From Proteromonas lacertae (Eukaryota), in contig NGBS01001164.1 of the NCBI GenBank assembly GCA_002245135.1, positions 62,001-126,000 of the forward strand: a stretch of 64,000 bases of DNA, given 5' to 3'. Below the pieces are notes generated by a model. It made no database searches. It was not told the origin of the DNA and worked only from the letters and a program-made list of their open reading frames with translations. Both the position numbers and the translations under genes were made by a program. Of this stretch, positions 50,602 through 64,000 are shown in pieces; positions within the stretch are counted from its first letter, which is position 1; the number at the start of each line of letters is the position of its first letter.

Positions 50602-51321
50602 ATGAGTGATTCACAGCAGGCCAATGTAGTATTTAACACAATAGAACAAATAAAGAAGGATCAAGAACAGACACAGAAATATTTAGATGAGATTACAGAG
50701 TATATCCATGATCAATAATATTGTTTTAGTATTGGAACTAATTTAAATCAAAATGTGACTAATATTAGAGTAAAAATAATATATAATATATACTATTAGA
50801 CAAGATTAGATAATTCAGCAACTGCTTTTACTAACAGTGTAGAAAACAAAAAATCAGATTTAATATCTATTTTACAAGATAAAATAATTCAAAAAGAAGC
50901 AGAATTGGTTGAATTACAGGAAACTACCAAAGAATTGAAAGTATGAACCAAATATATTAGTTTATTGAATAGAAAGAATGTACTAATTCTGAATTTCTGT
51001 CAAGATTAATGACTGATAAACTACATGATGCAGTAATAGAAAGTCAAAAATATGAAGCAATGCAGACGCAAGTAAAGACTGTTCAAGTTGAAACTGCCAA
51101 TGCAAGGAAGAGTGCACAACAACTTAATGATTTGAAACAGAAATTAATAAACAAATTAAAACCATATTCTGATAAATTAGTATAAGACAATAAAAACTAT
51201 TATATTTTTATTATTAGAATGATAAAGCATCATTGCTAAAAGTTAGAGATATAATAGCAGAATGGCAAGATGAATTTGAAAAATTGTATATTCTTATTCT
51301 ATTATTTCATAGCGATTTTTA
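50602..51321 (+). CDS. Small coiled-coil protein with 5 introns (not in ORF track)
   Basis: MSDSQQANVVFNTIEQIKKDQ..; five GT-AG introns (e.g. 50700-50729, 50941-50973) keep the frame open to TAA at about 51321. Confidence 0.7.
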
Positions 51322-51394
51322 ATTTAATTTAATAAACTATCTTTTATTTATATCCTTTGTTATGTAAAAAATAAAAAATAGCAAAATTAATCAC

Positions 51395-54383
51395 CTATTT
51401 ACTTGATTTTATTAATTGCTTTAGTTTATCTTGAATTGATACTAAAAATTGTATTGATTGAAGCGGTGTTATTGAGTTTATATTAATAGACATAATATAA
51501 TCAAAAAATGATTTGAATTTTGAAGGAATCTTTTCTTCTTCCTTTTTCTTCTTCTCTTCACTATGCTTTTGTTCTTCTTCTAAAGAATTAAATGGATTCT
51601 TTTGATTTGAAGATAAAATTTTATATAATCTATATATAAAAAAAACAGTGAAATAGAAAAAAATACTCTTCTGATCTTTCTAAAACAGATGTTGGAAAAT
51701 TACACAATTTACAGACTGCTATACCATATGAACCTTCAGCAAAACCTCTCATGATTTTATAAGTCAATAAACTTTCATTATTTTCTATTATAACATGAGC
51801 TTTATAACATGCAATTTCTGGATTCTTCTATTAAAATTAAAAATAATATTAATACTTGACAAGACATGACTAATTCATGATAATGTGTTGCGAACAAAGT
51901 TCTACACTTTATCTTATGTATAGTATATTCAATTGTACTTAATGCTATTGATATACCATCATTAGTAGCAGTTCCTCTTCCCAATTCATCAATTATAACT
52001 AAAGATCTATCTGTACTTTGACTTAATATTTCACTTGTTTCTTCCATTTCAACCATAAATGTAGATTTGTTATGATATAAATCATCAGAAGCACCAATTC
52101 TACTGAATATTTTGTCTATTACTCCAATTTTTGCACTTAAAGCTGGTACAAAACTCCCAGATTGTGCTAGTAAACAGATTAATACTGTTTGTCTTAAGAA
52201 CGTGCTTTTTCCACCCATATTTGGTCCTGTTATTAACCACATTGATACATTCTCTATTATTAATAATAGAAATATATTTATATACTATTTGGTGGAGTAT
52301 TTAATGTAAGATCATTCATCTGGAATTGTCTTAGTGAATTCTTTTGATTTAATTTATAATCCAATACAGGATGTCTTCCACCGATTATTTCCAATTCTTT
52401 ACTATCTGTTAATAGAGGTTTTACATAGTTATTTTGTATTGCTAAATATGCCAATCCAACGGTAACATCTAATTCAGCCAATGAATGTGATGATCTGATT
52501 AAAGAGATGTAATATTGTTTTGTTATTTGATTGCAAAACTTTTGATATACAGATATTTCAAATTGTATTATCTTACTTTCTGCTTGATTAATTTTTCTTT
52601 CTAACTCTCTCAATTCTTTAGTTTTGTATCTTGTTTTATCTTTTAAACTCTGATGGAATGTAAATATATTAGACGGAAGTTGAATATTTGATTTCACTTC
52701 AACAAAATATCCATGAATATTATTCTTCAATATTTTCAGCTTATCACATTTTGAATCTCTTTGATATTTCTGTTCTAAATCTGATAATAACTGAGAAGCA
52801 TTATCTCTATATCCAATCCATTCATCTAACTCTTTATTATATCCTTTTCTTATATATCCACCATCATACGCACTAATTGGACATTTCTATTCAAATAACA
52901 AACATGAATAAATACTTCTAGATTAAATGCATTTAAAATATCAGGTAATAATTTGGTATATTGTTCTAATTCAGGTGATAATGATTCAACAATATTTTTA
53001 AGATTTTGAATTTTACACATATCTGTTTCAACTAGAATTCTATATAAATCAGTAGAATGTGAAAGAGTATTTGCTAAAACGGATATATCACGAGGTCCGC
53101 CTCTATTTAATGTAATTCTTTGAACCGATCTTTCAATATCTCCACTATTGTAATTATAAACATATCAACTATACATCTCTTGAAGAGTTTTTCTTATTTC
53201 TTGACAAAGTGGCAATTTATCAACGAAATATTCAACTGCCTAGTATTTAATATAATAAATAAACATCAGTACATTCAATCTTTCATTTATTTCATCTTTA
53301 ACAGTAATTGGAGATGATAATCTATTGGCTATTAATCTTCCTCCAATTGGAGTAACAGTTTTATCAATTACACTTAGTAATGATCCTTCTTTTGTTCCAG
53401 TTGTATTCTTTATTATTTCTAATGAGTTTCTAGTATTTTTAGTCATTTCAACAACATAATTACCGATATATCTTTGAATTGGTTGGAAATTTGACATTGC
53501 TAAACCAGTCTTTGTTAAATATTCAAATAATGTAGAAGTTGCTTGATATTCTGATGTTGATAAGTGAATATCAACTTTCTAATAAATATAATAGATTTAT
53601 AGACTTAATACTTGTGTAATTTGTGATGTTGATGGTTTAACCAACGTGATTGTACTTTGAGAAGGAGATGATGATGATATAATCTTAGATAATTCTTCAT
53701 CTACTAATATCTCTGAAGGATGAATTCTTGATATTTCTGAACTTAATTGAATTAGAGATGAACAAGATGTTATATATATTTGACCTGTTGAAATATCCAT
53801 CCACGAAAGTCCATAATCATTCTGTTTAGTTATACTTAGTATGTAATTATTGTCATTACTTTCTAATAGACTATCTTCTGTTAATGTACCTGGTGTTACA
53901 ACTCTTACTACTTTTCTTTCTAAAACTGGTTGTGGATTGAATTTATCTCTATTCTATATAATAATTTATATATATTATATACATTACGCTGCTCACAAAT
54001 AGCTACTTTTTTACCTGCTTTTACTAGACGAGCTAGATAGCTATCTAAAGTGAAAAATGGAATTCCACACATTGGTATGGCAGTTGCTAAAGTGAATAAT
54101 ATAATACAATTTCAATACATTTGCCTTTATTTCTAGAAGTTAATGCTATCCCTAGTATGTTAGATGCAATTTGAGCATCATCGTAAAACATTTCATAAAA
54201 ATCACCAGATCTAAATAGCAAAATACAATCTAATAATATATATAATATAACTAATTCAATACTTTTATATTGATTCTTAATATCCATATATTGTTGCATC
54301 ATGGGTGATAATTTGGTATAACTTCTTTTATATACTCTTAAAAATATATTTATTTGTCTATAACTCAATGGCAACTTGAACAT
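51395..54383 (-). CDS. mutS: Bacterial-type MutS1 DNA mismatch repair protein with presequence (organellar MSH1-like)
   Basis: [85 protein letters not shown]. Confidence 0.92.
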
Positions 54384-54550
54384 TTTTGTTTTTTAAATTT
54401 CGCTCCTGTCATAAATTCAATTTGACAAGGTATTTGTCATTTAAAAAAACAAAGATATTGTCGGTTCGAATCATTTATTAGTGTTTATAAAAGTATTTTT
54501 CGTGTCAATAATTTGTTAGATTACATTATATAGATTTTTATTCGAAAATA

Positions 54551-57500
54551 ATGAAATCATTTTTAAGATTAGTGATTAGTGCTTATCTAGTGCTTTCGAT
54601 TGTGCAATCATTTCATGCTGAGTTATTTACTCCAGTAGGTCCTGGTCCAATTACTGAAAATGATGTTCAGATTGTAATGAACTTCGAAAAGTATATTTTT
54701 CTTTATTTTTTTAAAACATAGAGATGTTGATTCAATTGATTTAAGTAAATTTACAGTGAACGGGTTTGTATTATCTGCTCTACAAGGAAATGGAAGTAAT
54801 TGGGAAATGACAGCTACATTTTCAAACATATCTCAATGGGGAGAATCAACTGTTCGAATACCACAAGGTGTAATATCTGATAAACTCCAAACTGATTATA
54901 ATTCAGAATCCAATACTATTGGAGTTACATATAGTCCAAGCAAAAGTAATAATTTTGAAGATTGTTATGATATAAAGAATAGATTCCCTGATTATAAAAG
55001 TGGTTTATATTACATTACATTTAAAGGCAAGATGGATCCTACATTAGTTTATTGTGAACAAAAATTAGCAGGTGGTGGTTGGACTTTATTTTATGCAAAT
55101 TCAGCAAATCCAAAAATGGAAATAAAAAGAAGTTATGTACAATATCAAATGTCTAAATCTATCATTCCGTTTTTAATGAATAATACATATTGGGATTATA
55201 ATTTAGGTGGAATGATTGATTATACATTATTATCAGATTCTGTTTCTTTGATGGGTAAAGACGCTGGTCCATTATGGAAAGAAGATGAATATGCATATAT
55301 TACATTTCCAGATTATAAAATCTTACAACAGTTCATTGAACATAGATTAATCAGTGGTACAAGTTGTACAACCTTATCACCAAGTGGAACTACACTCAGA
55401 TATAGAAATAGTAATGGTGCAAATTATTTAGTTCAACAAATAGAGAATTGGTATGGTGATGGATATGGTTGGAAAGATTGTATGTCTTCTCCTTTACCAG
55501 AACCTTCTGATTCAAAAGTTGAGAATAATCCAAGACATATTATCTATAATATAAATAGTGCTGATGATTCTCAAAGAACAAGAGGTTTATTTGGTTTTAC
55601 TGGTGGTGATTCTTCAGTTATGGCTAGATATTTCTTAAGACCTTCAAAAGAATCAAGTAGACCAGTTGTTGATTTGTTGATTGATAATAATCATAATTTG
55701 CACAGTATTCCAATCAATATTGTTTGTCAATTCAGTGATGATGTTTATGATTTCAATTATAGTGGTATAAAATGCAATGGATGTTCTGTATTGAGTGTGA
55801 CAAAAAGTGTAACATCTGATGCTATTTATTACATCGCTGTTTCACCAGCAAAATTATCTAAAGAAAAAATGACTATTCAAGTATTAGAGAATTCAGCTGA
55901 GAATAAGAATGGTTTGAAGAATCTTCCATCAAACGAAGTTGAATTAATATTAAGTGATGATATTCAACATTACACAATAGAACCAGAAGAATCTTACCAA
56001 ACATGTTCAATGTGGTTTGAATCATGGAAATCAAATGAAAATGGTTATGTAAAAGTTGAATTTGGTGTTGTAGCAAGTGATGTATTTAGAGTTAGTTTTA
56101 GTCCAATATTAGGTAAAATAGAAGAACATTATATCGTTCAATTAGGTGAAAAGGATAATGAGAATAGCATTATATATGCCAAAGGAGATGAAGAAACAGT
56201 GTTAGAGACATTTAAAGGAGATTTTGGTTTAGGAAGTGAAAATACAGCAATAATACATATTGAGTATAAAGAAGGTAATTTTACTTTTGGTACTGGTATT
56301 GATTTTAATCAGAATGTTATACATTCATATAAACATGAAAATCCAATTAGTAATATCCAATATGTTTCATTTTGTGGTGGCTATTCTGCAGTTGTTTATC
56401 ATTATTTATATGTTGGTCCTATTCAATCAGAAAATCCACTTTCAGTACAATTAGAGACTCTATCCCCAAATCCAACAACTAAACCATTTACTGTCATAGC
56501 AACTACATCAGAAAACTTTAAACGTTTTGATGAATCAAAACTATTAGTTAATAATCAACAGCAATTTGTGTCAAACATAGAATTATTAAATCCAAGACAG
56601 ATTAGTTTTTTAGTAAATCCAAAATCAACAGGAAGTACAAAATATGAAGTTTATACAGATGTTACTGCATTTACAAGTCAATCTGAGAAAGATAGTTTGA
56701 AATCCAATGTTTTATCAATCACATATGAAACAACAGAATTACAAGCAGAATTTACAGCTGTTGATATAGAAAAAGCCACAACAATTCCATTAACTGTAAC
56801 TATTACATTTAATCGTGATGTTGAATCATTTACAGAAGATATGATTGAAAATCCAATATATCCATGTAAAATGAACAATTTCAAAAAGATTACTGCTAAT
56901 CAATACACAGTAGATATAATGCCAAAGACTTTTCATGTTAAGTTAGTAGTATCAGAAGGTAAAGTGTTTGATTTGGATGGTAATTCAAATATTGTCTCTG
57001 AAAAAGATATATATTTTGGTTTAGTAAGACATTATGAAATTCCACATATGAATGGAGATTTCTATACATTTTTAGATACATGGAATTCAACACAAGTGGG
57101 TAAAATTTGGTCAGCATTTAATGTAACAACTAGTAGAAGCGTAATAATTGCTTTAACAACAGCAAATTCAATAACTAATCAAAGAATAATGATATATATA
57201 GGATTAAAAGATTCAACTGATAGTTACAACTTACATAGAATTTCATGGATTGATAATAAGGGTAAAGAAACTATTATATCAAATGTAACAAAAGCTATTG
57301 GTATTTCATCAAGTACAATTACACCAGTTTGGTTTAGGTATGATAGTTCTACTGTTACTATAGGAACTGGTACAAAAATTGATGAAAATGTGTTTTTAAA
57401 TGCAACAGATCTGAAATTATCAGTTCAATATTTATCATTTACATCTGGAGAAGCAAAAGTATTTCTGGATGGTATTGATGTAGGAGAAAGACAAAAAGGT

Positions 57501-60500
57501 AATAATCCTTCAGTTGTATTAGTTACTGATTCTAAAAATCCATTAAAATCTTTACCTGTAGTTATAACAGCAACTTTTTCTGAAGATGTATTAGATTTTG
57601 AATATGCATTCGAAAATGCAGAATATCAACATAAAGAGATACAAAGTAATTCAGTTTATATTTATGCTTTTTATCCAAATGCATTGACTAGTTTTACAAC
57701 ATTTTATATTCCTCCAGGTATTACAATTGGATATACAACTAGTTTGCCAAATACAGCATCAAATGAATTAAGTTATTCATTAGATTTTATTGAGAGTTTT
57801 ACAACTTATAAGTATTTAAATAGAAAAGTGATGTGGAATAAATTATGGAAAATCACTATTGCTAATGATATTGTGATTAGATTTACAGCAAGAACAGAAA
57901 CAGGTATTGAAGTATTACTAGGTGATGAAGTAGAATCACCTAGTGTTATTTATAGATTTACATTTGGAGATAAAAATAATGATACATGTAAAATAACATT
58001 CGAAAGAGATGGTAAAATAACAGAAGTACAATCTTTAAAGAAGAATGTAGCTGATGAATATAATGATGTACCATTATGGATTAGTGTAACAGATAATAAA
58101 TACAGTATGGGTATTGGTACTATTCCTGATGAAGAAGTTATAATTACTTATGTAGATACAAATCCAGTTCAGACAAAAACTCCTTATTTTACATTTGTTG
58201 GTGATGATACTTCGTTTAAGAATATTAAAGTTGGAAGGGATAATAACGATTTTAGTGTTGAATGGAAATATAATATTGAGTCACCAATTAAAACACTTCC
58301 AATTCATGTTTTTGCTTCATGGAATTTACCCACTTATGATTTTGGACTTTATTCAATTACAAGTGATAATTGTAAATTGTATAATTTCGAAAGAATAAGT
58401 GATAGTGAAAGAAAATTATATTCATTTGATGTTTCATTTGTTGGGAAAAATGATTGTAGATTTTATGTTAAAAAAGGTGTTGTAATAAGTGTGAATGGTG
58501 ATAAAAATGTAGAATCATCTACAATTGTTTTGTATTACTCTGAAGAAATAACTGAATGTGATTTAACTAGCAAAAACAATATGAAATTCAATATATTTAC
58601 AGAATCATTTAAAACTAACAATGCTTCTCATATTTACTCTAAATTTTCCATCAAATGTACTGATAATATTCTAATTGGTTTTCCTCAAGATGAATTATCA
58701 ACAAGTTTTTATGGGTTTTATATAGGTAAAGATAGAGGAATTTCAATTGCTGTTGGTTATTATACAATAGATGAGAGTAAAAATAATATAACATTTCATG
58801 AAATTAGTAGTAAATATTCTCCTTTATGTGATAAAGATATGTTTGTTAATTTATGGCTAGATGTTTATTATGATGGTGATTTTGAAGTATTAACACTTGG
58901 TTCAGGTGATATAATGAATGAAAATTTAATTATACATGAATTTGATTGGAATAATCAATCAGTGCATAATACATCATATATAGCATTCACCAATGTTGAT
59001 ACATCTGCTTATATAAAGAATATAATAGTTGGACCAGGTAAATCTGATAAAGAAAAGCCAAAAGTTGAAATTAGTACCGAAAATTCAGGTCCATTTGCTG
59101 ATTTACCAGTTGAAATAAAAATTAGATTTAGTGAGGCTGTTAGTGAACTTGATAAAAACAAGATTGAAATAACAAATTGTATTATTTCAAGATTCAGCTA
59201 TATCATAGGTGAATATTTTATTAAAATAATCCCATTAACAAGTGATTATCCTGCTGGTGTTCATATTCCAGCTGGTGTTGTGACAGATTTATCAGGTAAT
59301 CCAAATGAAGAATCAAATACTTTACAAATTGAGCTTGATGATACATCAATATTTTCAATTGATTTTGGAGATATTGAAGAAACATCTTATACATTATGGT
59401 ATGATCAATGGAAAAGTTCAATTCCAGGAAATATCATATTATCAACGAGATCTTATCGTGATTCTAGATGTATTGGTTTTGCCAAAGATGTAAAAGAGCC
59501 ATATCCTATTTATGATGTGTGTTTAGAACATTATACATTGAAAATCAGGAAATTAAATGATGAGACATCAATTGATATATTACTTTCTATGACAGTAGGT
59601 TCAAATATTGACTATATGTGGATTGAATTAGCTTCTACCAAACTATTAAGAATTGGTAAAGGTACAGAAGTATCTGAAAGTTCAGTAGTTGCATCTTTTG
59701 ACTTAAATGATTATGAATATGTTGATAAGTTGCAGTATGTATCATTTATGGGAGAAAGAGCATCATTTCATGATATAATTATTCTACCATGTGGATCTTC
59801 AAGTTCACCAATTCCTACATTTCAAACCAAGAGTACCAATTCCATCAAATGTTGCTCCCAATTCCAATCGATTTGTTTTTTACTGAAGCAGTAACTGGAA
59901 TTAGTAGTTATAGTAGTTTTAAGACTGAAAATGGTGAAATAACCAAATTTGAAGGTACTGGCAGACATTATTATCTAGATTTCTTACCATATGGAACAGG
60001 AGATAGTGAATTGAAACTAGAGAAAGATGTAGTAACATCAAGAGGAGGTTTTACAAATCCTGAAGTATCAATTACTACAACTTATTCAAATGAAATACAG
60101 AATTTTACTTATCAATCTTATGAAAAAGATTTTAAAATCCAAAGTAAAGCATGGAAATCCAGTTCATTTGGAACATTATGGTCAACATTTTCTGTAAGAT
60201 GTGAATATGATTTAATGATAAGATTATCTCCTTGGATTAATGGCGGTTATCCACAATATATCTTCACTTTTTCTGATCATAAAACATTTGACAATTATAT
60301 AGATAAAATAAACAAAAAAAGAGTTATAGAGTCAAATTTGATAAAATATCAATATGTCATAAATACAGCAGTAAAGATTATTGGATTTCGCAGAACAAAT
60401 CATTAATTCAATTTGGTAAAGGAAAAATAATCAATGAAAATGTTTTATTCACATTTAGAGATTCTCAACCAATAGCTACAAACTTTATATCATTTGGAGG

Positions 60501-63500
60501 ATATTATTCTAAAATTGATTATATCAATATTGCTGTAGGTCCAAAAGATGGAAGTGTTTTGAATGGAATAATGTATAGTGAAGTTAGTTTCCCTACAAAT
60601 GAAAAAGAGATTGTTGTTTATGTAGAATGGAATCATGATGTTGATGACTTTACGCTTGAAGATGATGTAAGAACAACCAATGGAATAGTGAAAGATTTTA
60701 GAGTGATAGATAAGAGTTCATATTCATTTACATATGAAGCATCAGGATGTGGATTCGGATATATTAATATTCCATCAGGTGCAGCTCATTATACAGATGA
60801 TTTAGGGAATTTGATTGGTTCTGAAGAATTTGTACCACTTTATATTGATTTTTGTGATGAAAGACCAATTGCCATTTATAAAAGGTCCAAGTGAACTTTT
60901 TGTTAGTAGTATTCCGTTTGTTATTACTGTTTCATTTAAAAGCAGCGTATATGGATTTACATCAGAAGATATAATTGTAAATCGACACAACAAAATATAT
61001 GGGTTTAAAAAGATTAATGAATTGACTTATGAATTTGAAATAGTAATAATTGGAAGTTCAACAGAAGTAGCGTTATTTATTGATGAAAATAGATTAACTG
61101 ATATTTATGGAAATCAGAACACTAGATCTAACTCAATTACATTACCACAATATGGTCCAATGATAAAGTCATATTCAATAACAACAAATATGAAATACAG
61201 TCCGTTATATTTATGGCAGTGGTCAACTGGTGAAGAAATGAATACTGAAATTTCATTTGGTGTTAATTGTAATAATGATGTTCATGTTTCTTATTCAGCA
61301 GAGCTAAATGATGAAAATGGGTTGATTTATGAATTTTTAATTGGAACTGATAATAATAGACAATCTCAATTCTTAGTTAATCGTAATATTGTAAAGACAA
61401 TAGATGGTGCAATATGTAAACCAGGAGAATTTGTTCCAATGTGGTTTAGTTTTCATGGTAGGGTTTCTAAGTTTGGTATTGGTTATATTGAGGAAGGTAA
61501 TACAAAATTGATATATGAAGATAGAGATGTTTATAATTTCAAATACATTGGCTTATCAAACGATAATGATCCTATCATTTTTAGAAATATTACTGTAGGT
61601 CCGGTAGATGCAATTTCTCCAAGAACAGATATTATTACAAGTGCTATTACTTACATAACATCTAGAAATCCAATTGAAGTGAATATATCATTTACAAATG
61701 ATTGTTTAGATATCAACCAAACAATGATCATTAGTACTAGTAGTGATATTTACGAGTTTAAAGAGATTAATAAAAGATTATATACTTTCAAATATGCACC
61801 TTTAGATGGAGTTAATTATATTCAAATACCAAAAGGAATTTGTCATGATTCTAAGAACAGAAATAATGAACAATCGATATTATATTCATTTGAATATACA
61901 AAAGGATCTTTCACATGTAAATTTGAAAGTAATAGTGGTAAATCAGTTACTTTTGCTCCAGTTACAGTTACTTTATCGTTTAGTGAAGCTACAGAAGAAT
62001 TTAAATTAGATGTTGTTACGATTACAGGAGGATATGCATTTTTAAACGATTTAGAACATACAGCTGATAAAACAGTTTATACATTTAAAGTATATTTCCA
62101 AGATGTTGAGCCAACATATTTATCTATAGAAGAAGGAGTAATTCATGATATTCATAACAATAAAATATCTGAATCTGAATTGTTTTTATTACCAAGATAT
62201 GATAATAATAAGTTAATATCATTTATTCCATCAACTGGTTTAAATGGAATTCCATTTTATGCAAATCCTTGGGAAGGAAAAGCTAGATCCAATATCTTTG
62301 TTACATTTTCAGTCAAATGTGAATATAGTTCTGGTATTGGATTTAGTTCAAGTATGTATAACAGTAAAACTGATGACTTATATGAAATAGAATTAGGAGC
62401 TCAACAAAACATGAAAACAACATTAAGGAAAGGTTTGAATCAGAAAGTGGTAGAAACTTCAGAAGGTGCAATTTGTGAGGGTTTTGAAAATGAAGTTAAA
62501 TTGTGGGCTAAATATGAAAAAGGAGTAATACAGATAGGTAAAGGAGAAACAGTAGAAGAGAATACATTCTTAGAATATGTAGATAGATCTCCACTATCAA
62601 TAAAATACATTTACTTTACCACTTATTTATATGAAGCTACTTTTTTAAACATTAATATTGGCCCAAATGATTTAATTGCCCCATCATTAGAAATATTAGA
62701 TATTTGGGGAGTATTTGATTCAATAAGAGGTAGTTACAGATTATCAACAAATGGTAGTTTATGGTGTGCAAGTCTTATATTCCCTTCAAATAGACCAAAT
62801 AGTGAATATATTATAGAAAAAGGAAATCGTACAAATATTGGTATTACACCAGTGGATATGGTATTAACAGGATTAATGACAGGATCAAAATATGATGTTT
62901 GGTGTTATGCTGAAGATGATAAAGGTGTTTCAATAACAGTAGATAATGCAAATGAGGTAAGAAGAATTGTAACAATTCCAGGTGGAACTAAATATCCAAT
63001 AATAACAATATTATACATCAAAGGAAGAAAAGATTCAATTTATATTGATTTTAAATTAGACAGATCAGGATATTTCTACGCATTAGCAGTAAAAAGCGGA
63101 AGTAAAACTCCTACTATCGAACAGATTAAAGAGAAAGGTATAAACGTAATTTGCACGATATATGATGAATTAGCTGTGTCTATTTTGCATTTAGAAACAA
63201 TGACTTATTATGATGTATATTTCTACTCAGAAACAATGTTTGGTGATGGAGCTCCAATTGATTATGTTATTCAGAATATGAGAACTGTTAGAACTGATGG
63301 TAGTTGTCCATCTTATGATGGTAAAGAATGCAATGATCATGGTTTATGTGATGATGGTATATGTATGTGTGAATTTGGCTATCATAAAGCTGATTGTTCA
63401 GGAGTATGTCCAGGTTTGACTGAAGATAATGAATGTAGCGGAAATGGCTTTTGTATAGTAAGTGCAATTGGTTATGCAGAATGTGTTTGTAATCAATTTT

Positions 63501-63787
63501 ATTATGGAATGGACTGTACAATTCATTGTCCAAATGATGGAAAAAGTGAATGTGGAGGTACAACCAGAGGAACTTGTAATACAGAAACAGGTGAATGTAA
63601 ATGCAAAAAAGGATACAAAGGATATAATTGTGCTGATGAGACATTGAGTGTAGGAGCAATAGTAGGAATAGTTATTGGAGTTGTTGCAATTTTAATAATA
63701 GCATTAGTAGTGTTTTATTTATTCAAAACTCCAATTAGCATAAGATTAAAAGAGAAAAAAGAAAATGAATATTCAATGTTTGTTTAA
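54551..63787 (+). CDS. Giant (~3,070 aa) type I surface protein: Ig-like and fibrinogen-like domains, alternating Ig-like/FAMeT-like repeats, EGF repeats, TM; three internal frame changes
   Basis: Signal peptide and one intron at about 54690-54721. Four ORFs continue the same repeat pattern across junctions at about 59850, 60320 and 60883. C-terminal EGF-like repeats, TM VGAIVGIVIGVVAILIIALVVFYLF, tail ending YSMFV. Confidence 0.8.
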
Positions 63788-63839
63788 CTAATTATTATTG
63801 TTTTATTATAAATATATAAATATATATATATTATCTATC

Positions 63840-63985
63840 CTAATAGCTCTTGGTGGAAAAAATCAACGAATCTCTAACTAATTTATCTCCTTCTTCATTA
63901 GATATTGGTGTAATCTCATCTAAATAGCTATCGATAATAGCTATATCATGTAATCTAATAATTGGCATAAAATATTTCTGAATTT
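63840..63985 (-). CDS. Probable last exon of a gene extending beyond the window
   Basis: Minus-strand frame SEIFYANIRLHDIAIIDSYLDEITPISNEEGDKLVRDSLIFSTKSY followed by a stop. Confidence 0.35.
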
Positions 63986-64000
63986 CTTTATGTTTTTCAT

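Noticed and set aside
60314..60321. Canonical -1 slippery heptamer A AAA AAG
   Set aside because: The heptamer is not in the required phase of the incoming frame, and I see no downstream stimulatory structure.
1646..63659. Many short antisense or nested ORFs in the track (e.g. 1646-1888, 13859-14146, 17766-18227, 32647-33126, 63288-63659)
   Set aside because: They overlap well-supported genes on the other strand or frame and show no recognisable motifs.
1..64000. CRISPR arrays, rRNA, tRNA, transposons, alternative genetic code, AT-AC introns
   Set aside because: No repeat-spacer array, cloverleaf, transposase or RT motif seen; TAA, TAG and TGA all terminate genes; every intron I parsed is GT-AG.

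Overview
Gene-dense, very AT-rich eukaryotic nuclear DNA with many tiny (about 26-45 nt) GT-AG introns, most starting GTAT, and very short intergenic spacers. The intron size, tandem HRM-like surface repeats, organelle-targeted enzymes and a CxxCGxxKKGHxC zinc knuckle suggest a Blastocystis/Proteromonas-like (Opalinata) stramenopile; this is inference only. By manual splicing I reconstruct about 36 protein-coding genes, several missing from or fragmented in the ORF track. Highlights: (1) a spliced CBS-pair + voltage-sensor-like 4TM + VSP/PTEN phosphatase + C2 fusion with a charge-depleted S4; (2) an approximately 3,070-aa surface protein of alternating bacterial-Ig-like and FAMeT-like modules, broken by three single-base frame changes; (3) recurrent strand-oriented upstream motifs RGCTTGA and TGAAACG, which look like lineage-specific promoter elements; (4) a presequence-bearing 2-Cys peroxiredoxin-thioredoxin fusion head-to-head with ETF-alpha; (5) tandem ABCB transporters with a near-identical 766-bp NBD2 tract and a six-Cys extracellular insert; (6) a ciliary NPHP4 C-terminus, SepSecS and a bacterial-type MutS1 with a presequence. 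I found no rRNA, tRNA, CRISPR array or transposon. All family calls come from motifs recognised by eye, not from database searches.
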